From NCBI GenBank assembly GCA_964389745.1, contig CAYMFV010000001.1:1-38422 (forward strand): 38,422 nt of DNA. Direction: 5' to 3'. A program made the translations under genes and the position numbers. Each line of letters begins with the position of its first letter. Positions within the stretch are counted from its first letter, which is position 1. Below are positions 33,350 to 38,422 of this stretch, in pieces. The DNA comes from an uncultured Planctomycetales bacterium. Its GTDB lineage: Bacteria > Planctomycetota > UBA1135. The notes under the pieces were generated by a model that saw nothing but the letters and a program-made list of their open reading frames with translations, made no database searches and was not told the origin of the DNA.

Positions 33350-36300
33350 TAGACCGCGCCCGCTGCCGGAGCCTGTGTCCGGGAGCGGGCGCGCCCGTTT
33401 CGCGGCCGTCCGGAAACCACCCGGACCCGGCCCGGGCCCAGGACCGCTTCCAGGGACTGGACCAGGGAGCCCGACACGGCCACCTGCCACTCGCCCGAGG
33501 CCCGGAGCATCCGGGACTCGCCGTCCGGCCCCTCGTAGACGAAGCGGACCACCGAGCGGCCGGGGCAGGCCTTGAGGATGCGTGCCACCGCCTCCAGGGG
33601 CGGCTGGCTGCCCGCCAGGTGCAGCTCCAGGTCCCCCTGGAGATGGAGCTCCTGGCGCTCAGCGAGGGTCTCGATCCGCTCCACCCGGAGCTCCACCTCC
33701 TCGCCGTTGCTGCTCAGGACGCCGTGGAAGAGGCCAACCTGGTCCTCGACCACCATGTCCCGGCAGGCCTCGTAGGCCTCGGGCCAGACCAGGGCCGCCA
33801 CCGAGCCGTGGAGGTCCTCGATGCGCAGGCGGGCGTACTTCCGGGACGGGTCCTTTCGGGTCGGGCGCACCTGCACGGCGCTGGCGATGCCGGCCAGGGT
33901 CACCTCCTGGCCGTCGCCGGCGTCCTGGAGGTTGGCCGTGGTCCAGGGCGTGAGTCCCGCCAGGACGTCCCGGTAGGGATCCAGGGGATGCCGGGTGAGG
34001 TACAGGCCCAGGGACTCCTTCTCCATGGCCAGGGCCCGCTTGCGGTCCTCCTCGGTCACGGCGCCGGCGTCGGCCGGGCCGGTGCCCGGTGCCGGGGTCG
34101 AGGCCGGTTCCGGTCCGCCGTTCCCCGTGGCCGCCGCCGCGAAGAGCAGGCCCTGGCCCCGGCGCCGATCCTCGGCCTGCCGCTGGGCGATGCACAGGCT
34201 CTCCTCGAGGCCGTCCAGGAGGACCACCCGGTTCGGGTGGAAGGTGGCCAGGGCGCCGGCCTTCACCAGGCTCTCGAAGGTGGTCTTGTTGAAGCCCGCC
34301 GCCACCCCCTCGGCCAGGAAGTCGTCCTGATCGGTGTAGCGGCCCTCGGGGCGCTCCTCCCGGATGCGCACCAGGGCCTCGGCGGCGCCGGCGCCCACCC
34401 CCTTGACCGCGGCCAGGCCATAGCGGATGGCGTCGTCGGCCTCGACCCGGAAGCCCCTGCTGCTCCGCTGGATGCACGGCGGCAGCACCCGGAGCCCGTG
34501 CCGCCGGGCGTCCTCGATCAGCACCCGGAGCTTGTCGGTGTCGCTGGCCTCGTGGGTGAAGGTGGCGGCGTAGAACTCGGCCGGGTAGTGGGCCTTCATC
34601 CAGGCCGCCTGGTAGGTGACCAGGGCGTAGCCCGCGGAGTGGCTCTTGTTGAAGCCGTAGTCCGCGAACTTGACCATCATCTTCCAGATCTCCCGGGCGG
34701 TGGCCTCGGGAACGCCGCCGCCGATGGCTCCGTCCAGGAACTGGCGCTCGAAGCCCTCCATGAGGGAGCGCACCTTCTTGCCCATGGCCTTGCGCAGGGA
34801 GTCGGCCTCGGCCAGGGTGAAGCCGCCCATGCGCTGGGCCACGCGCATGATCTGCTCCTGGTAGATCAGCACCCCGTAGGTCTCCCGGAGGATCTCCTCG
34901 AGCATGGGGTGGGGGTAGCGGACCTCCTCCTGGCCGTGCTTCCGCCGAGCGTAGATCTCGTGCAGGCCCGAGCCCAGGGGCCCCGGCCGGAACAGGGCCA
35001 GGACGGCGATGATGTCCTCGAAGCAGCTCGGGCGGAGATCCGCCAGGAGCCGGCGCATGCCCCCGGACTCGAGCTGGAAGACGCCCTCGGTGTCGGCCCG
35101 GCAGAGGAGCTCGTAGACCGCCGGGTCGTCCAGGGGCAGGGCGTCCAGGTCCACCTGCACGTCGTGGCGCTCAGCCACCATGTGCACGGCCGTGTCCAGA
35201 ATGGTGAGGGTGCGCAGCCCCAGGAAGTCCATCTTCAGGAGACCGACCTGCTCGCAGGCCTTCATGTCCCACTGGGTGGTGACCACGTCGTCCTGCTTGG
35301 AGAGGGGCACCACCTCCTCGAGGGGCACGTCGGCGATGACCACCCCGGCGGCATGGACGCTGCTGTGCCGGGACAGGCCCTCGATGCGAGTGGCCAGGTC
35401 GAGCCAGTCCTTGTGCTTGTCGGAGCGCCCGGCCACGGCGGCCAGCTCCGGGTCCTCCTCCAGGACCCGGGCCAGGGAGACCTTGGGTCCCTCGGGCACC
35501 TTCTTCGCCACCTGGTCCACCTCGGCCAGGGGCAGGTCCAGGACCCGGGCCACGTCCCGGAGGGCGGCCCGGGCCTTCATCTTGCCGAAGGTGATGATCT
35601 GGCAGACCCGATCGTCGCCATAACGCTCCCGGACGTAGCGCAACATCTCCTCCCGCCGGTCCTTGCAGAAGTCGATGTCGATGTCCGGCATGGAGATCCG
35701 GGAGGGGTTCAGGAAACGCTCGAAGATCAGGTCGTAGCGCAGGGGATCGATGCGGGTGATGCCCAGGACGTAGGCAACGATGGAGCCTGCCGCCGAGCCC
35801 CGGCCGGGACCCACCGGGATGCCCTGCTCTCGGGCGTGGCGGACCAGGTCCCAGACGATCAGGAAGTAGGGCACGAAGCCCATCTCCTGGATGACCCGCA
35901 TCTCGTACTCCAGGCGCTCCCGGGCCTGCCCCGGTTGCTCCGGGTAGCAGCGGGCAAAGCCCTCCTCGCACAGCCGGCGGAAGTAGTCCTCGGGGCTGCT
36001 GCCGTCGGGGGGCTCGAAGCGGGGCAGGCGGTGGCGGCCCAGCTCCAGGCTCAGGTCCACCTGCTCGGCCACCTGGATGGTGTTGCGCAGGGCTTCGGGG
36101 AGGTCCCCGAAGATCCGGTGCATGTCCTCCCGGGTCCGGAAGAACAGGGTCTCGGTCTCCATGCGCCAGCGCTTGGGATCGTCCAGCTTGGCGCCGGTGT
36201 GGATGCACAGCAGGGCGTCCTGGGCCCGGCAGTCCTCGTGGCGGAGATAGTGAATATCGTTGGTCGCCACCAGGGGAGCGTCGACCCGGCTCCGGAGGGC

Positions 36301-36873
36301 CACCATGCCCTCGGTGAGGCGCTCCTGGGCCTCCATGCCGTTGCGCATCACCTCCAGGAAGAAGTGCTCCTGCCCGAACATGTCCTGGAGGAGGCCGGCC
36401 ATGGCCAGGGCGCCGTCCTGGTCGCCGGCCTGGAGCAGGCGGTTCACCGGGCCGCTCATGCAGCCCGAAAGGCAGGTCAGGCCCGCGGCGTGGCGGGAGA
36501 GGAGCTCCAGGTCGACCCTGGGCCGGTAGTGCTGCCCCTCCAGGTGGGCCCGGCTGACCAGGTGCAGGAGGTTGCGCCAGCCGGTGGCGTCCCGGGCCAG
36601 GAGGGTCAGGTGCCAGTAGGGGTTGGTGTTCCGGTCGTGGCGCCGGTGCATCGAGGCCCGGGCCACGTACACCTCGCAGCCCAGGATCGGGCGCACGTCC
36701 GCCTTCCGGCAGGCGTTGTAGAACTCGATGGCGCCGAAGAGGTTGCCGTGGTCGGTGATGGCCAGGGCCTGGTGGCCGTCCCGGACCGCCGCCTCCACCA
36801 GATCGGGGATGCGGTTGGCGCCGTCGAGGAGGGAGTACTCGGTGTGGACGTGGAGGTGGACGAAGGGTTCCAT
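33349..36873 (-). CDS. dnaE: DNA polymerase III subunit alpha
   Basis: ORF 33349..36891 (-). The listed start is a TTG. ATG at 36873 gives the canonical N-terminus MEPFVHLHVHTEYSLLDGA (PHP domain). Colinear with DnaE throughout, with no intein-like insertion. Confidence 0.95.
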   Translation of the reverse strand: MEPFVHLHVHTEYSLLDGANRIPDLVEAAVRDGHQALAITDHGNLFGAIEFYNACRKADVRPILGCEVYVARASMHRRHDRNTNPYWHLTLLARDATGWRNLLHLVSRAHLEGQHYRPRVDLELLSRHAAGLTCLSGCMSGPVNRLLQAGDQDGALAMAGLLQDMFGQEHFFLEVMRNGMEAQERLTEGMVALRSRVDAPLVATNDIHYLRHEDCRAQDALLCIHTGAKLDDPKRWRMETETLFFRTREDMHRIFGDLPEALRNTIQVAEQVDLSLELGRHRLPRFEPPDGSSPEDYFRRLCEEGFARCYPEQPGQARERLEYEMRVIQEMGFVPYFLIVWDLVRHAREQGIPVGPGRGSAAGSIVAYVLGITRIDPLRYDLIFERFLNPSRISMPDIDIDFCKDRREEMLRYVRERYGDDRVCQIITFGKMKARAALRDVARVLDLPLAEVDQVAKKVPEGPKVSLARVLEEDPELAAVAGRSDKHKDWLDLATRIEGLSRHSSVHAAGVVIADVPLEEVVPLSKQDDVVTTQWDMKACEQVGLLKMDFLGLRTLTILDTAVHMVAERHDVQVDLDALPLDDPAVYELLCRADTEGVFQLESGGMRRLLADLRPSCFEDIIAVLALFRPGPLGSGLHEIYARRKHGQEEVRYPHPMLEEILRETYGVLIYQEQIMRVAQRMGGFTLAEADSLRKAMGKKVRSLMEGFERQFLDGAIGGGVPEATAREIWKMMVKFADYGFNKSHSAGYALVTYQAAWMKAHYPAEFYAATFTHEASDTDKLRVLIEDARRHGLRVLPPCIQRSSRGFRVEADDAIRYGLAAVKGVGAGAAEALVRIREERPEGRYTDQDDFLAEGVAAGFNKTTFESLVKAGALATFHPNRVVLLDGLEESLCIAQRQAEDRRRGQGLLFAAAATGNGGPEPASTPAPGTGPADAGAVTEEDRKRALAMEKESLGLYLTRHPLDPYRDVLAGLTPWTTANLQDAGDGQEVTLAGIASAVQVRPTRKDPSRKYARLRIEDLHGSVAALVWPEAYEACRDMVVEDQVGLFHGVLSSNGEEVELRVERIETLAERQELHLQGDLELHLAGSQPPLEAVARILKACPGRSVVRFVYEGPDGESRMLRASGEWQVAVSGSLVQSLEAVLGPGRVRVVSGRPRNGRARSRTQAPAAGAV

Positions 36874-36930
36874 GCCGGGAAGCGGGCCCAATCTACCCGG
36901 CCAGGCGGGCGGATGCGACCGCCGGCGCCG

Positions 36931-38148
36931 TCAACCCGCCGCCGGGCGGGCGCCGAAGCTCTCGCCCGCACGCACGAGGCGGTCCCGCACCCGGGCGAAG
37001 GCTCCCAGGAAGCGCTCCAGGTGCTCCTCGGTATGGGTGGCCATGAAGGAGCAGCGCAGCAGGTCCATTCCCGGCGGCACCCCCGGCGAGGTGACGGCAT
37101 TGACGAACACACCCTCTTCGAGCAGCGCCTTCCAGAAGCGGAACGTGTGCTCCCGGTTGCCCAGGATCACCGGCACGATGGGGCTCTCCGACGGGCCGGT
37201 GTCGAAGCCGAGTTCCTGGAGCCCTTCCCGGGCCTGGGCCGCCAGGGCCAGAACCCGGGTCCGGCGCTCGGGCTCGGTGCGGATGATCTCCAGGCACTTC
37301 AGGGCCGCGGCACAGATGGCCGGCGGCGTGCTGGCCGAGAAGATCATCGTCCGTGCGTGGTGGCGCATGTACTCCACCACGTCCCGGGGCCCGCCACAGA
37401 AGCCGCCGATGCCCGCCAGGGACTTGGAGAAGGTGCCCATGATCAGGTCCACCTCCTCGTCCAGGCCGAAGTGGTCCGGCGTGCCCGCGCCCCGGTCCCC
37501 GAAGACGCCGAAGGAGTGGGCGTCGTCGACCAGCACCCGGGCGCCGTACTGCCGGGCCAGGCGCACAATCTCGGGCAGCTGGGCCAGCTCCCCGGTCATG
37601 CTGAACAGGCCGTCGGTGACCACCAGCATGGCCCGGCCCCCGCCGGCGGCCAGGTGCTCCTCCAGGGCCGCCATGTCCGCGTGGCGGAACTTGCGCACCT
37701 CGGCGAAGGAGAGCCGGCAGCCATCGACGATGGAGGCGTGGTTCTCCCGGTCGGAGAGGACCAGCTCGTCCCGGCCCATCAGGGCCTGGATGACGCCCAG
37801 GCAGGTGTGGTAGCCGGTGGAGAAGACCAGGGCCGCCTCCTTCTGGAGGATCTCGGCCAGGCGGGCCTCGAGCTCCAGGTGGAGGTTCAGGGTCCCGTTC
37901 AGGAAGCGGCTGCCGGTGCAGCCGGTCCCGAAGCGGGCCAGGGCCTCCTGGGCGGCGGCGATGACCCGGGGATCGTGGGTCAGGCCCAGGTAGTTGTTCG
38001 AGCCCGCCATGATCACCCGCCGGCCGTGCAGCAGCACCTCCGTCCCCTCCGAGACCTCGATGGGCTGGAAATAGGGGTAGAGGCCGGCCTGCTGGACGGC
38101 GTGGTAGGGCTGGGGGCCCCGGCATTTCGCGAATACGTCCCGGGCCAT
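36931..38148 (-). CDS. PLP-dependent alpha-oxoamine synthase, serine palmitoyltransferase-like subgroup (family also includes BioF and Kbl)
   Basis: ORF 36931..38223 (-) trimmed to ATG 38148 (MARDVFAK...), because the longer form would overlap the divergent gene. Motifs: GSNNYLGL, GSRFLNGT, HASIVDGC, DDAHS, and GTFSKS (PLP lysine). Confidence 0.8.
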   Translation of the reverse strand: MARDVFAKCRGPQPYHAVQQAGLYPYFQPIEVSEGTEVLLHGRRVIMAGSNNYLGLTHDPRVIAAAQEALARFGTGCTGSRFLNGTLNLHLELEARLAEILQKEAALVFSTGYHTCLGVIQALMGRDELVLSDRENHASIVDGCRLSFAEVRKFRHADMAALEEHLAAGGGRAMLVVTDGLFSMTGELAQLPEIVRLARQYGARVLVDDAHSFGVFGDRGAGTPDHFGLDEEVDLIMGTFSKSLAGIGGFCGGPRDVVEYMRHHARTMIFSASTPPAICAAALKCLEIIRTEPERRTRVLALAAQAREGLQELGFDTGPSESPIVPVILGNREHTFRFWKALLEEGVFVNAVTSPGVPPGMDLLRCSFMATHTEEHLERFLGAFARVRDRLVRAGESFGARPAAG

Positions 38149-38206
38149 GCCCCTGCCATTGTGCGGGCGCGGGCCCGCTCGGTCCAGTGCTCCTAGAATC
38201 CGCGCC

Positions 38207-38422
38207 GTGCGCATCCTCCTCACCGGGGCCAGCGGCTTCGTCGGCCGCCGCCTGCTGCCAGCGCTCCTGGGGGCCGGGCACCGGATCCGGGCCCTGGTCC
38301 GGGAGCCGGCCCGCCTGCCCGCCGCGGCCCGGCGGCATCCGGACCTGGAGGCCTTTCGGGGGCACCCGGAGGATTCCGTCGGCCTCCAGGCCGGCGGGGA
38401 GGGGGACGACCCCGTCCTCCAC
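38207..38422 (+). CDS. NAD(P)-binding Rossmann-fold protein (SDR / NAD-dependent epimerase-dehydratase family), N-terminal fragment running off the window
   Basis: My own translation from GTG 38207 gives (M)RILLTGASGFVGRRLLPALLGAGHRIRALVREPARL..., 72 codons without a stop. It has the classic TGxxGxxG dinucleotide-binding motif. It is not in the ORF track. Confidence 0.6.
   Translation, partial: MRILLTGASGFVGRRLLPALLGAGHRIRALVREPARLPAAARRHPDLEAFRGHPEDSVGLQAGGEGDDPVLH

Noticed and set aside
36874-36891. Longer dnaE start at 36891 as given in the ORF track
   Set aside because: The codon at 36889-36891 is TTG. The ATG at 36873 gives the canonical MEPFVHLHVHTEYS N-terminus. A TAGATT hexamer (36890-36895, minus strand) has no -35 partner at proper spacing, so I did not call a promoter.
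33619-38196. 1525-aa + strand ORF spanning dnaE and the alpha-oxoamine synthase
   Set aside because: It is antisense to two well-supported minus-strand genes and crosses their intergenic gap. It has a low-complexity high-GC composition and is an artefact.
38149-38223. Longer start (38223) for the alpha-oxoamine synthase
   Set aside because: The extra 25 codons (MRRMRTARILGALDRAGPRPHNGRG) are non-conserved and would overlap the divergent SDR gene start at 38207. ATG 38148 fits family N-termini.

Overview
High-GC (about 70%) bacterial chromosome segment made up almost entirely of the translation and transcription core. It is one uninterrupted + strand run of about 31 kb: tRNA-Thr/Tyr/Gly/Thr-tuf, rpmG-secE-nusG, rplKAJL, rpoBC, rpsL-rpsG, an EF-G-family gene, then the S10, spc and alpha clusters ending at rplQ. 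Flanking genes are a partial membrane glycosyltransferase-like gene (-) and aroC (+) on the left. On the right are dnaE (-), an SPT-like alpha-oxoamine synthase (-) and the start of an NAD(P)-binding SDR gene (+). No CRISPR array, mobile element or rRNA gene was seen. EF-Tu sequence and the sparse Shine-Dalgarno usage look Planctomycetota-like, but that is only an impression. The part that is not ordinary is the str operon. A 155-aa ORF resembling archaeal/eukaryotic Tsr3 (an rRNA aminocarboxypropyl transferase with a D-x-S-W motif) sits between rpsG and the EF-G gene. The EF-G gene keeps all GTPase motifs but has lost both conserved domain IV tip loops. It is almost lysine-free and has bulk-genome rather than ribosomal-gene composition, so it looks like a paralogue rather than the housekeeping translocase. 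Other observations are three near-identical TTGACC-N16-TAnAnT promoter candidates that split the run into three transcription units, a Kozak-like RCC-ATG start context at 19 of 43 genes, an Arg-rich tail on IF-1, several GC-rich stem-loops in spacers, and an SPT-like synthase divergent from an SDR gene. All identifications come from reading the translated ORFs and comparing them with remembered family motifs. No database search was run.
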